Counted from the stretch's first letter, positions 17,036-27,014 are shown. The stretch: DNA of 35,982 nt from an uncultured Actinocrispum sp. (GCA_966244135.1 CBIMJO010000001.1:1-35982); one strand, 5' to 3'. The notes: generated by a model from the letters alone, not told the origin. Numbers and translations are program-made.

Positions 17036-18504
17036 TCCACTACCGCGACAGCGGGTTCGCTTTCGTCGACGGGCTCCGCCTTGGTGTCCTTGCGACGGCG
17101 GGTCAGCTGCACCCCGACGACAATGGTCAGCAGCGCGAGGGCGGCCGACACGGCGAAAGCCAGCCGCATCCCGCTCAGCTGCGCCGTCGCGGGAGCGACA
17201 CCGTCGGCGATCAACGCGCTGGCCCGCGCGGACAGCACCGTCACCGCGAGCGCGGTGCCGAACGCGGCCGCGACCTGCTGCAACGTTCCGAGCATCGAGC
17301 TGCCGTGCGAGTACAGGTGCTCAGGCAGCGCGGCCATGCCGAGCGTGAAGACCGGCGTGAACACCGCCGCGAGGCCCAGCATCAGCAACGTGTGCAGGCC
17401 CAGGATCTGCCAGTACGGCATCGTCGCGGAGATCTGCGCGAACCCGGCCAGCGCGAGCACCATGCCGATCGTGCCCGGCAGCACCAGCGGCTTGGCGCCG
17501 AACCGGTCGTACACCTTGCCCGCGGTCGGCCCGAGCAGGCCCATCGCCAGACCGCCCGGCATGACCAGCAGGCCGGTCGCCAGCGGGCTGAGCCCGCGCA
17601 GGTTCTGCAGGTACAGCGGCAGCAGGATCATCGAGCCCAGCATGGCCAGGAACGCGATCGCCTGCAGCACCAGCGATTGGCGGAAGGTGCGGTTCAGCAG
17701 GGTGCGCAGGTCCAGCAGCGGCGTCCCGGTCCGCTGCAGCCTCAACTGGCGGGCCACGAAGACCCCGATGGTCGCGGCCCCGGCCACGACGATGCCGATG
17801 CCGAGCGCGACCGGCGAGGCCGGGTCGCCGAACAGGCTCAGGCCGTACACCAGGCCACCGAAGCCGAGCGCGGCCACCACGACGCTGAACCAGTCGATCG
17901 AGCTCACCCGCGGCTCGCCGATGTCGGTCATCTTGCGCAGCCCGAGCGCGCCGACCACGCCGGCGATCGGCAGCACGACGACGAACAGCAGCCGCCACGA
18001 CCCGGCCTGCAGGATCAGCCCGGACACGGCCGGTCCGAGCGCGGGCGCCACGGAGATGGCCAGGGTGACGTTGCCCATCACCCGGCCGCGGTCATGCTCG
18101 GGCACGACGACCATCAAGGTGGTCATCAGCAGCGGCATCATCACGGCGGTGCCCGAGGCCTGCACGACCCGGGCCAGCAGCAGCACCACGAACGACGGCG
18201 AGACGGCGGCCAGCACGGTGCCCGCGAGGAACACGCCCATCGCGGTCGCGTAGGCCTGCCTGGTGGTGACCCGCTGCAGGAACCAGCCGGTCATCGGGAT
18301 CACCGCGGCCATGGTGAGCATGAACGTGGTGGACACCCACTGCGCGGACTGCTCGGTGACGTGCAACGACTCCATCAGCCGCGGAATGGCGTTGATCATG
18401 ATGGTCTCGTTGAGGATCACCACGAACGTGGCCAGCACCAGCAGCCGCACCACGGTGGGTGTTCGGCCTTTGCCGGCCGGTCGTTCCGGGGTGAGAGCTG
18501 ACAT
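17032..18504 (-). CDS. MFS drug:H+ antiporter (DHA2, LmrB-like)
   Basis: FVVILNETIM, LLLARVVQASG, APALGPAVSG, LLDLR; multiple TM segments consistent with DHA2. Stop overlaps the response regulator stop. Confidence 0.92.
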   Translation of the reverse strand: MSALTPERPAGKGRTPTVVRLLVLATFVVILNETIMINAIPRLMESLHVTEQSAQWVSTTFMLTMAAVIPMTGWFLQRVTTRQAYATAMGVFLAGTVLAAVSPSFVVLLLARVVQASGTAVMMPLLMTTLMVVVPEHDRGRVMGNVTLAISVAPALGPAVSGLILQAGSWRLLFVVVLPIAGVVGALGLRKMTDIGEPRVSSIDWFSVVVAALGFGGLVYGLSLFGDPASPVALGIGIVVAGAATIGVFVARQLRLQRTGTPLLDLRTLLNRTFRQSLVLQAIAFLAMLGSMILLPLYLQNLRGLSPLATGLLVMPGGLAMGLLGPTAGKVYDRFGAKPLVLPGTIGMVLALAGFAQISATMPYWQILGLHTLLMLGLAAVFTPVFTLGMAALPEHLYSHGSSMLGTLQQVAAAFGTALAVTVLSARASALIADGVAPATAQLSGMRLAFAVSAALALLTIVVGVQLTRRRKDTKAEPVDESEPAVAVVD

Positions 18505-18560
18505 GTGGTCTACCTCGCTGAGCTCCGGGTCGCGGCCGGGCCCCCAGGCAGCGACGGTGG

Positions 18561-18612
18561 TGGTGTCACCGATACAGACCAGCACTCCCTGCGGAACTCA
18601 TCGGTGACACCA
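18561..18612. repeat. 13-bp perfect inverted repeat in the MFS upstream region
   Basis: TGGTGTCACCGAT (18561-18573) and ATCGGTGACACCA (18600-18612) with a 26-nt loop. Confidence 0.7.
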
Positions 18613-18707
18613 GAGTCTTTCTCATCAACGCGCGAGACTCACCCGAATTTCCGCCCATATCCGCAAGAAACGCGCAATCCCTAGGCACACAGGACATCGA
18701 GGGCTAC

Positions 18708-18723
18708 TGTGACCTGCGTCACT
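18708..18723. promoter_or_regulatory. Crp/GlxR-like binding site
   Basis: TGTGA-CCTGCG-TCACT, one mismatch from TGTGA-N6-TCACA, just upstream of the amidohydrolase start. Confidence 0.4.
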
Positions 18724-18736
18724 GGGGGTGATATCC

Positions 18737-20254
18737 ATGTCGGTAACGAACCGGCGAACGTTTCTTTCCTGGCTGGCCAAGAGCGGGCTCGTGCTCGCCG
18801 CGGCCGGCTCTGCCATGGCGGAGGGCACCGTAGCGGCGGCCTCTCCGCGCGAAATTCTCGTGCTGACCAACGCCACGCTGATCGACGGCACCGGGGCAGG
18901 ACCCCGCCCAGACACAACGATCGTTGTGGCAGGCAACCAAATCCTCGCCGTCGGACGCCAGGGAATCGCGCCACCGGCCGGGGTGCGCGTGGTGGACCTG
19001 CGCGGAAAGTACGTCCTCCCCGGTCTGTGGGACATGCACACGCACACCGCGGACTTCGAACAACTACTGCTGCCGTTGTACATCGCGAATGGTGTCACCT
19101 CGGTGCGGGAGATGTGGGGTTTTCCGTTCGTGCGCGATGTGCACCGGCGGATCTCGTCCGGTGAGCTGCTCGGGCCGCGGATGGTGGTCGCGAGCACGAT
19201 CGTGGACGGTCCCGACTCGTGGCTGGTCAACCTGTGGAAGGACAACAAACCCTTCCAGGTGCGGACCCCGGCCGAGGCTCGCGCCGCGGTCCGGCAGGCG
19301 AAGCGGGACGGCGCCGACTTCATCAAGGTGTACTCGCTGCTGCGGGAGGACACCTTGGCGGCGACCGCGGATGAAGCTTCGAGGCTGGGCCTTCGCATCG
19401 CCGGGCACGTGCCAGATCGGCTGTCCGTCACACGATCGAGCGAACTTGGCATGCGCACGCAGGAGCACCTGTACGCGCTGTATGTCGATGTGTCCCGCGA
19501 CCGTGACGCGATCCGGCACACCATCCGGTCGATGCCCACCAACCCGGCCGATCCGTTCGCGTTCTTCTTCGCGGTGCGTGAGCTGGAGCGGCAGGCGATC
19601 AAGTCCTACGACCCTGGGCGTGCGGCGCCGGTGTTCGCTTCGTTGGTGCGCAACGGCACTTTCCTGACGCCCACGCTGACCGTGTTGAAGCTGTTCACCT
19701 CCACACCAGACGAGATCCGGGATCCCAGCCGCGAGAAGTACATGCCCAAGTGGGTCGTGGACCTGCGGTGGGCGCTCGGGCCGACACCGCCGCCGGACGT
19801 GATCGCCGCCAACCGCGCGTTCTTCGAGGCATCCGCGCAGCTGGTGCGCGACGCCTCGGCGGCCGGCGTCACCATGGTCGCCGGTACCGACGGCGGGTTC
19901 CTGGCGCCGTACATCCTCGGCGGGTTCTGCCTGCACGATGAGCTGGAACTGATGGTGCGAATCGGGTTCACGCCCATGCAGGCGCTGTTGAGCGCGACCC
20001 GGGATGCCGCGCGCACGGTCGGCCTGCAGCACGTCAGCGGGACGGTCGCGCCGGGCAAGTACGCCGACCTGCTGGTGGTGGACGGCAACCCGCTGGCCGA
20101 CATCCGCAACACCACCCGGATCCACGCGGTCGTCGCCAATGGACGGTTCATCAGCCGGGCCGAGCGGGAACGGATGCTCGCGGACGTCGAAGCCAAGGCC
20201 AAGCTGATCCCACCACCACCGGAAACCGTTCTGCCGATGAGATCCTGCTGCTAA
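18737..20254 (+). CDS. Tat-exported metal-dependent amidohydrolase
   Basis: NRRTFL twin-arginine signal; PGLWDMHTH, GADFIKVY, AGH, EH, AGTD, GKYADLLVVDGNPL motifs. Confidence 0.92.
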   Translation: MSVTNRRTFLSWLAKSGLVLAAAGSAMAEGTVAAASPREILVLTNATLIDGTGAGPRPDTTIVVAGNQILAVGRQGIAPPAGVRVVDLRGKYVLPGLWDMHTHTADFEQLLLPLYIANGVTSVREMWGFPFVRDVHRRISSGELLGPRMVVASTIVDGPDSWLVNLWKDNKPFQVRTPAEARAAVRQAKRDGADFIKVYSLLREDTLAATADEASRLGLRIAGHVPDRLSVTRSSELGMRTQEHLYALYVDVSRDRDAIRHTIRSMPTNPADPFAFFFAVRELERQAIKSYDPGRAAPVFASLVRNGTFLTPTLTVLKLFTSTPDEIRDPSREKYMPKWVVDLRWALGPTPPPDVIAANRAFFEASAQLVRDASAAGVTMVAGTDGGFLAPYILGGFCLHDELELMVRIGFTPMQALLSATRDAARTVGLQHVSGTVAPGKYADLLVVDGNPLADIRNTTRIHAVVANGRFISRAERERMLADVEAKAKLIPPPPETVLPMRSCC

Positions 20255-23136
20255 CCGGCCATGGCGCGCATCAGCTCCGCTCGGGACCGGATGCCGAGTT
20301 TGCGGTAGGTCCGCGCGACGTGTGACTCGACGGTCCGGTGGCTCATGAAGAGGGTGGCCGCGACCTGCTTGTTGGTCATGCCCGTGACGACCAGCTCGAC
20401 GACTCGCCGTTCGGTGCCGGTCAGGTGGGCGGTCGCGCGGCGGCGGCCCACCCGCGACAGCTCGTCGCGAGCCATCGCCGCCCACACCGGGTAGTCCTCG
20501 AAGAGTGTCTCGGCCTCGGTGAACGCGGCCGCTGCTGCGCCTGGTCTCCGGGCCCGGCGCAGCAACCGGCCGCGCTGCAACAGCACCCTGGCCTGCTCGA
20601 ACCTCGGCCAGCTCGGGTCCACCTCCAGCTCGGCGGTCTCGCCTCTCACGGCCGCTCGCGCCCGGACCAGGACCGGCTGCATCCACATCCTCGGGAACCG
20701 TTCGTAGCGCTGTTCGAACTCGGCCAGCTCCACTTCGGCTTCCGCGGTGCGACCGAGTTCGGCCAGCGCGCAGATCCGTTCGGCTGCCGGGTCTTCGGGG
20801 CCGATGGGTTCCTTGATGCGCATGGTGGCGAGGTGCCTTCTGCTGCGGGCGGTGTGGTCGACCACCGCTTGAGGGTCGGCCTCGGACGCGGCAATGAACG
20901 CCAGCACATTTAGGTACCCGACCGCTGAGACGAGATCTCCGTTGGCTTCCGTGCGGTCCGCGCCTTCCTGTGCTTGGTGTTTTGCCTCGTCGAGGTGGCC
21001 GGTGCAGGCGTCGATTCGCGCTCTCAGGCACTTGGGGCGGTCGGCGAACTGCTGGCCTTGTTGCTGTGCGATTCTGATCGCGGCATCAGCGTGTTCCTTG
21101 GCTTTGCCGAGGTTTCCCTGGATCAGTTCGGCTTCGCCTTGGCGGATGTCGTCAGGAATGCCGATGGCGGGTACCGCGTATCCGGATCGCAGGCCGAGCT
21201 GGACTTCGATGTGGTCTCGCAGCGCCGTGGCCGATGAGTTTGTTAGAACGGCTGTCTGGGCGTGCTTGAGTGCCTCTTCGCGATCCGCCTCACAGAAGAT
21301 CGCGAGCAGGGCATGGATTTCGCCGGTCAGCCTCCGGTCGGCTTTGGCGTCATCGAGCGCCTCATCGAGAAACTTGGCGGCCACCACACCGCCGTCCTGG
21401 TGCCAGGCGACTTTGCCGCGGAGGGTGAGGGCGCGTGCTCGTAACGGACCGGCGGCCAGTTTGGGGATCTCTTCGTCGAGGAGTTCGCGGGCGGCATTGA
21501 GGTCGCCTTCGGCGTAGAGGGCCTCGGCGAGGAACATGACGCGCCGGGTGTGGGCGGGGCCGGTCGGCGTCTTCAGCCTGGCCAGGCTCAACAGTTCGGC
21601 TGTTCGTGGCGTGGTGTCCTCAAGGAGCTGGGCGAGCGTCTCGTCGGGACCGATGGTGCCGAGCGCGCGATGCCATGCCCCGAAGCCGGGCTCGACCTCA
21701 GCGAGCCTGCGGTGAACACCCCTCCGCCTCGGCGCGGACACCTCCCCGTAGACCACCAACGCGAACAACGGGTGGTTGAAGATCACCTCGTTGCCGCGAA
21801 CGTGGATGATCCCAGCCTCCTCCGCCTCCTCCAGTTCGGCGCTCACCTCCACCCGGGCAGCCACATCCCCGCCAAGCCCCTCCCACACCCGCGGCCCGGC
21901 GGTCACACCGTCGTCGAATGCCTGCCGCAGCCGCTCCACCGTCGGCGTCTTCATCGCGGCCGCCGCGAGCAGGACATCGCTCTCCGGTTGCGGCGGGACC
22001 AATCGAAGTAGCTCGTCCGGCACCGGCCACGGCTCGTCTGGATGCAGCGACTCCCGCCCGCTAAGCGCCCCGGCCATCACCACGCCCACCAACGGATTCC
22101 CCTGGCAAAGCGCATGCAGCCGGTCCAGCACCGGCCGCGCCAGTCCCCGACCCAACCGCCGGTACACAACGTCATGAAGCTCGTCCCGGCTCAGCCCGCC
22201 CAGCCACACCTTCGCCAGTACTGGCCGGTCCGCCACGGAAGCCGCACCGAGTACTGGACGGTCCAGTTCCGCCCCTGCCGCGAGTACTGAACGGTCTAGT
22301 TCACCTGGAGCCATGGGTACTGAACGGTCCAGTACAACCGGCGGCGTGGGTACCGAACGGTCCAGTACCGAACTCGCCGCCAGTACTGGACGGTCCAGTT
22401 CATCCGGAGCCTCCGGTACCGAACGGTCCAGTTCCAATCCCGACCCGGGTACTGAGCGGTCTAGTTCCCGCGCCTGCGCGGGTACTGGACGGTCCAGTTC
22501 ATGCGGAACCTCCGGTACTGGACGGTCCAGTTCCACCCCTGGCCCGAGTACTGGACGGTCCAGTTCCACCCCTGGCCCGAGTACTGGACGGTCCAGTTCC
22601 CGCGTCATCCCAGGTACTAGACGGTCCAGTTCCCAAGGCGGCGCGCCCGGGTGATCAGCGCGACGGGCGACCAGGATCGCGACCCGCGCACCGGCCAACC
22701 GGCGGACAGCGAAGTCGAGAACAGCGTCGGTCTCCGGGTCCAGCCACTGCAGGTCATCCACCACCAGGAGCACCGGCCGCTGAGCCGCGAGCGCCCGCAG
22801 CACGCTCACCACGCCAGCCGCGACCACATGCGGATCGGCGACACCCGCCGCGCGATGAGTAGCGACCTCCAAGGCCTGCCGCTGAACCGAAGGGATCACC
22901 GGCAGCGAAGGCATCAGATCCGCCAGCCCGGCATACGCGTACCCGGTCTCCCCACGACCAGGACCGCAGCGCAGCACCGTCCACTCACGAGAGCGCGCCT
23001 CGTCGATGGCCGCCGACAGGATCGCCGACTTGCCGATCCCCGCCACGCCCTCCACCAGCAATGCGGCCGGCGCGACCGCACCACGGTCAAGCAGCAACTT
23101 GACCCGCCCCAGCTCAGCGTCCCGGCCGATGATCAC
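20251..23136 (-). CDS. AAA ATPase + LuxR HTH (LAL-like) regulator with internal 11-aa repeat insertion
   Basis: IIGRDAEL, Walker A GVAGIGKS, Walker B LLVVDDLQWLD, GNPL, C-terminal LTGTERRVVEL...TVESHVARTYRKLGI. GTG start at 23136. Confidence 0.88.
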   Translation of the reverse strand: MIIGRDAELGRVKLLLDRGAVAPAALLVEGVAGIGKSAILSAAIDEARSREWTVLRCGPGRGETGYAYAGLADLMPSLPVIPSVQRQALEVATHRAAGVADPHVVAAGVVSVLRALAAQRPVLLVVDDLQWLDPETDAVLDFAVRRLAGARVAILVARRADHPGAPPWELDRLVPGMTRELDRPVLGPGVELDRPVLGPGVELDRPVPEVPHELDRPVPAQARELDRSVPGSGLELDRSVPEAPDELDRPVLAASSVLDRSVPTPPVVLDRSVPMAPGELDRSVLAAGAELDRPVLGAASVADRPVLAKVWLGGLSRDELHDVVYRRLGRGLARPVLDRLHALCQGNPLVGVVMAGALSGRESLHPDEPWPVPDELLRLVPPQPESDVLLAAAAMKTPTVERLRQAFDDGVTAGPRVWEGLGGDVAARVEVSAELEEAEEAGIIHVRGNEVIFNHPLFALVVYGEVSAPRRRGVHRRLAEVEPGFGAWHRALGTIGPDETLAQLLEDTTPRTAELLSLARLKTPTGPAHTRRVMFLAEALYAEGDLNAARELLDEEIPKLAAGPLRARALTLRGKVAWHQDGGVVAAKFLDEALDDAKADRRLTGEIHALLAIFCEADREEALKHAQTAVLTNSSATALRDHIEVQLGLRSGYAVPAIGIPDDIRQGEAELIQGNLGKAKEHADAAIRIAQQQGQQFADRPKCLRARIDACTGHLDEAKHQAQEGADRTEANGDLVSAVGYLNVLAFIAASEADPQAVVDHTARSRRHLATMRIKEPIGPEDPAAERICALAELGRTAEAEVELAEFEQRYERFPRMWMQPVLVRARAAVRGETAELEVDPSWPRFEQARVLLQRGRLLRRARRPGAAAAAFTEAETLFEDYPVWAAMARDELSRVGRRRATAHLTGTERRVVELVVTGMTNKQVAATLFMSHRTVESHVARTYRKLGIRSRAELMRAMAG
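22218..22632. repeat. 13-unit tandem array, 33-bp period: 19-bp palindromic core plus 14-bp variable spacer
   Basis: Cores (consensus GTACTGGACGGTCCAGTTC) start at 22218, 22251, 22284, 22317, 22350, 22383, 22416, 22449, 22482, 22515, 22548, 22581 and 22614; they encode ELDR(P/S)V-x5 in the LuxR frame. Confidence 0.95.
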
Positions 23137-23249
23137 CTTCCGGGATCCCCTGATCCACGATCTCGCATAACAGCGTTCTAGCGCCCGGGGGTTGTTCGGC
23201 GCCGGGGCGCGGCTGCCGATCAACCAATCCGCGACCAATGCCATACTGC

Positions 23250-23265
23250 CCGTGACCAGTCACGG
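23250..23265. promoter_or_regulatory. Palindromic site in the divergent LuxR/STAND promoter
   Basis: CCGTGAC-CA-GTCACGG; preceded by CATACT (-10-like, 23242-23247) and ACCAAT direct repeats 11 bp apart (23223, 23234). Confidence 0.4.
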
Positions 23266-23297
23266 AACGGTGCTGGTCAGGGAGGGGACAGGGGGCT

Positions 23298-26200
23298 GTG
23301 CCACGACCAGAACGCCCGCTGGAGTCGGCGGACGAGGCGCTCCGCCAGTTCGCGGCCGACCTGCGCGGTCTGCGGGAGAAGGCGGGCGGCCCGACCTACC
23401 GTGAGCTCAGCAAGATCGCGCACTACTCCCCCAGTGTGCTGTCCGAGGCGGCGAACGGGCGGTCCCGCCCGAGTCTCGCGGTCACGTTGGCGTATGTGGA
23501 TGCCTGCGGCGGTGACCGCGGCGAGTGGGAACAGCGGTGGCGCGAGCTGGATGACAGTCCACCGGAGATCCAGGACAGCGGGGAGCCGCCGTATGTGGGG
23601 CTGGCCGCGTTCCAGGCGGATGACGCGGACCGGTTCTTCGGCCGGGACAAGCTGGTCACCGAGCTGCGGGCCCGGGTCCGGCAACGGCGGTTCGCGGGTG
23701 TCTTCGGGCCGTCCGGCTCGGGCAAGTCGTCGCTGCTGCGTGCCGGCCTGGTCGCCGGGACGGCTACGCCCACCCTGCTGTTCACGCCGGGACCGAACCC
23801 GATCGAGGAATGCGCGGTCCAGCTCGCCGCGCTGACCGGTGGATCGGCCGCGCAGCTGCGCACGGAACTCCACGAAGACCCGCGCAACCTGCACCTCCTC
23901 GTCCGCCAGGCCGTCGCCCGCGAGCCGGACGGAACGGACCTGCTGCTGGTCATCGACCAGTTCGAGGAGACGTTCACGCTGTGCCCGGACCGGGACGAGC
24001 GGACCCGGTTCATCGAGGCCCTGGTCCACCTGGCGACCGCGGACACCAGCCGCGCCCGCGTGGTGATCGGCGTCCGGGCGGACTTCTACGGCCACTGCGC
24101 GCAGTACCCGCAGCTGGTGGCCGCCCTGAATGACGCGCAGATCCTGGTCGGCCCGATGTCCGTCGAGGAACTCCGCGAGGCCATCACGGCACCGGCCGCG
24201 CGGGTGGGTTGCATGGTGGAGTCCGCGTTGGTGTCCAAGGTGATCGCCGATACCGCCGGTGAGGACGCCGTGCTGCCGTTGGTGTCGCACGCGTTGCTGG
24301 AGACCTGGCGCAGGCGCAGCGGCGCGCGGCTCACGCTCGCCGGGTATGAGGCGGCGGGCGGGATTCACCACGCCATCGCGCGCACGGCCGAAGACGTCTA
24401 CACCAGCCTGGACGAAAGCCAGCGCGAGATCGCGCGGCGGATCTTCCTGCGCCTGGTCGCCCTGGGCGAAGGCACCGAGGACACCAAACGCCGCGTGCGC
24501 CTGCGTGAACTCGACGCCGACAATCCGGACACCCGCGCGGTGCTGGACCGCCTGGCCGGCGCGCGGCTGCTGACGTTGCACAGCGACACAGTCGAGATCG
24601 CGCACGAGGCCCTGATCCGCTGCTGGCCGCGGCTGCGCGATTGGCTGTCGGACGACCGCGAGGGTCTGCGGGTGCACCGTCATCTCACCGAGGCGACCGA
24701 CGCGTGGGAGTCGGCCGAGCAGGATCCCGGGGCGTTGCTGCGCGGGACCCGCCTGGCCAGGGCGGGCGACTGGGCCGCTGAGCATGCTGGGCTGCTTACC
24801 TTGCGGGAAAAGGACTTTCTCGATACCAGTTTGTCCGCGCAGGCGGCAGAGCAGACCGCGGCGAGGCGGCGCACGCGCCGGCTGCGCCAGCTCGTGGCCT
24901 TACTGGCCGTCCTGCTTCTGTTGGCGTCCGCCGCGACCGTGTTCGCGGTCGGTGCTCAGCGCGAAGCCACCGAGCAGCGCGACATCGCGCTCGCCCGCAA
25001 GGTGGTCGGCGACGCGGAAGCGTTGCAGGCCACCAATCCCGCGCTCGCCGGGCAGCTGAGCCTGGCCGCCTACCGGCTGACCCGGATCCCGGAGGCACGC
25101 GACAGCCTGCTCGCGGCGACCTCAGCCCCGGCCGTCAGCAGGCTGACCGGGCACACCGCCGACGTGCAGTCCGTGGCCGTCGATCCCAGCAGTCACCTGC
25201 TGGCCACGGCCAGCACGGACAAGACCGTCAAACTCTGGGACATCAGCGACCCTCAGCGACCGTCACCAGTCGCAACCCTGACCGGGCACACCGATATCGT
25301 CAACTCCGCCGCCTTCGGCCCGGACACGTTGGCGACCGCGAGCAGCGACGGCACAATCCGGCTTTGGGATCTGCAAAACCAGTCCCCGATAGTCCTAACA
25401 GGACATAAAGGGCCGGTCTACTCCGTGGCGTTCAGTCGCGACGGCACCATGGCCAGCGCGGGCAGCGACAAGATCGTGCGGCTCTGGAACCGACAGCATC
25501 AGGAAATCGCCGCCCTGGCGGGACATACAGCGTCCATCCGGTCGGTGGCGTTCAGCCCGGACGGGTCCACCTTGGCGTCCGCGGGCAACGACGGCACCAT
25601 CCGGCTCTGGGATGTCCAAACCCACTCCTCGACCATCCTCACTGGACACATCGGCGCCATCCGATCCATCGCGTTCAGCCCCGATGGGTCCACATTGGTC
25701 AGTGGCGGCGTCGACAAAACCGTGCGGCTGTGGAACGTCAGCCAACACGTCTCGACGGCCATCCTGACCGGGCATACCGACTTCGTTGACGCGGTGGCGT
25801 TCAGTGCCGACGGACGGTACCTGGCCAGCGGCGGCAACGACTACACCGTCCACCTGTGGTCCCTTTTCGGTACACCCCAGGAGCTTGCCGTTCTCAACGG
25901 GCACACCAACATCGTCAACTCGGTGACGTTCAGTCCCGACGGCCGCAGCCTGATCACCGGCAGCGCGGACAAGACCGTCCGGGTGGAGAACCTGACGCAG
26001 CTGGTGTTCGCCCGGCACACCGACGCGGTGCGGTCGGCGGTGTTCAGCCCGGATGGCCGCATCGTCGCGACCTCGAGCAACGACCGGACCGCCCGGCTGT
26101 GGGACATCAGCGACCCGTTGCGGCCCCACGAACTCGCGGTCATCCAACAGCCATCCACCTTGTGGTCGGCCTTGTTCAGCCCCGACGGAAAACTCCTGGC

Positions 26201-27014
26201 CACCAGCCATGACGACGGCACCGCGCGCCTCTGGGACGTCACCGATCCTCGCAATCCCCGGGCCCTGGGCGCGGTGACCCACTCCGAGGCCATCTGGTCG
26301 ACGAGGTTCAGCCCGGACAGCCGGACGCTCGCCTCGGTCGGCGGCGATGCCGTGCGGCTGTGGGACATCAGCGATCCCACGAATCCGCGTCCGCGCGGCA
26401 CCGTCCCGGACCGGCCGATCACGTCCGTCCGGTTCAGCCCCGACGGCCGTCTCCTGGCCACTGCGAACGCTGACAACACGGCGGGTTTGTGGGACATCAG
26501 CTCGCCGGACTTGCCTCGCGAACTCAGCGCCCTTCGGGGCCACACCGCCCGTGTCACGCAGGTCGCGTTCCGTCCTGATGGCCACGTCCTGGCCACGGCG
26601 AGCTGGGATCACGACATCCGGCTGTGGGACATCGCGGATGCGGCCAGTCCCAAGGAACTCAGCGTCCTTCGCGGTCACACGGAAACGGTCACCTCGGTCG
26701 CCTTCCGGTCCGACGGCCAGGCCCTGGTGTCCGGCAGCCACGACCGGACCGCACGGCTCTGGGATGTCAGCGACACCCGCAATCCGCAGGCTCTGTCCAC
26801 TTTGGCCGGTCACAGTGGAGTGGTCGTCTCCGTGGGCTTCGGCCCCGACGGCCATCTCGTGGTGACCGGCAGCCAGGATCGGACCGCCCGGCTGTGGCAG
26901 ACCGATGTGGACAGTGCGGCCGCTCAGGTCTGCGCGCGGGCGTATCCGGCGATCAGCCAAGCCGAGTGGAACCAGTACTTCCCCAGCCTGAGCTACCAGC
27001 CACCCTGCCCCTGA
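23298..27014 (+). CDS. HTH + STAND NTPase (nSTAND1-like) + TM + 14 WD40 repeats signalling protein
   Basis: N-terminal XRE-like HTH (PTYRELSK), PYVGLAAF...FFGRD, GPSGSGKSSLLRAG, IDQFEE, LPLVSHAL, EIAHEALIR, TM helix, 14 GH...WD repeats counted. Confidence 0.93.
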   Translation: MPRPERPLESADEALRQFAADLRGLREKAGGPTYRELSKIAHYSPSVLSEAANGRSRPSLAVTLAYVDACGGDRGEWEQRWRELDDSPPEIQDSGEPPYVGLAAFQADDADRFFGRDKLVTELRARVRQRRFAGVFGPSGSGKSSLLRAGLVAGTATPTLLFTPGPNPIEECAVQLAALTGGSAAQLRTELHEDPRNLHLLVRQAVAREPDGTDLLLVIDQFEETFTLCPDRDERTRFIEALVHLATADTSRARVVIGVRADFYGHCAQYPQLVAALNDAQILVGPMSVEELREAITAPAARVGCMVESALVSKVIADTAGEDAVLPLVSHALLETWRRRSGARLTLAGYEAAGGIHHAIARTAEDVYTSLDESQREIARRIFLRLVALGEGTEDTKRRVRLRELDADNPDTRAVLDRLAGARLLTLHSDTVEIAHEALIRCWPRLRDWLSDDREGLRVHRHLTEATDAWESAEQDPGALLRGTRLARAGDWAAEHAGLLTLREKDFLDTSLSAQAAEQTAARRRTRRLRQLVALLAVLLLLASAATVFAVGAQREATEQRDIALARKVVGDAEALQATNPALAGQLSLAAYRLTRIPEARDSLLAATSAPAVSRLTGHTADVQSVAVDPSSHLLATASTDKTVKLWDISDPQRPSPVATLTGHTDIVNSAAFGPDTLATASSDGTIRLWDLQNQSPIVLTGHKGPVYSVAFSRDGTMASAGSDKIVRLWNRQHQEIAALAGHTASIRSVAFSPDGSTLASAGNDGTIRLWDVQTHSSTILTGHIGAIRSIAFSPDGSTLVSGGVDKTVRLWNVSQHVSTAILTGHTDFVDAVAFSADGRYLASGGNDYTVHLWSLFGTPQELAVLNGHTNIVNSVTFSPDGRSLITGSADKTVRVENLTQLVFARHTDAVRSAVFSPDGRIVATSSNDRTARLWDISDPLRPHELAVIQQPSTLWSALFSPDGKLLATSHDDGTARLWDVTDPRNPRALGAVTHSEAIWSTRFSPDSRTLASVGGDAVRLWDISDPTNPRPRGTVPDRPITSVRFSPDGRLLATANADNTAGLWDISSPDLPRELSALRGHTARVTQVAFRPDGHVLATASWDHDIRLWDIADAASPKELSVLRGHTETVTSVAFRSDGQALVSGSHDRTARLWDVSDTRNPQALSTLAGHSGVVVSVGFGPDGHLVVTGSQDRTARLWQTDVDSAAAQVCARAYPAISQAEWNQYFPSLSYQPPCP

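Noticed and set aside
22218-22632. CRISPR array
   Set aside because: The 19-bp repeats and 14-bp spacers are too short, there is no leader or cas gene, and the array lies in frame inside a CDS. Kept as a distinct repeat finding.
23298-27014. Avs-type antiphage STAND system
   Set aside because: The N-terminus is an HTH rather than a nuclease or other toxic effector, and the TM-WD40 layout fits signalling regulators.
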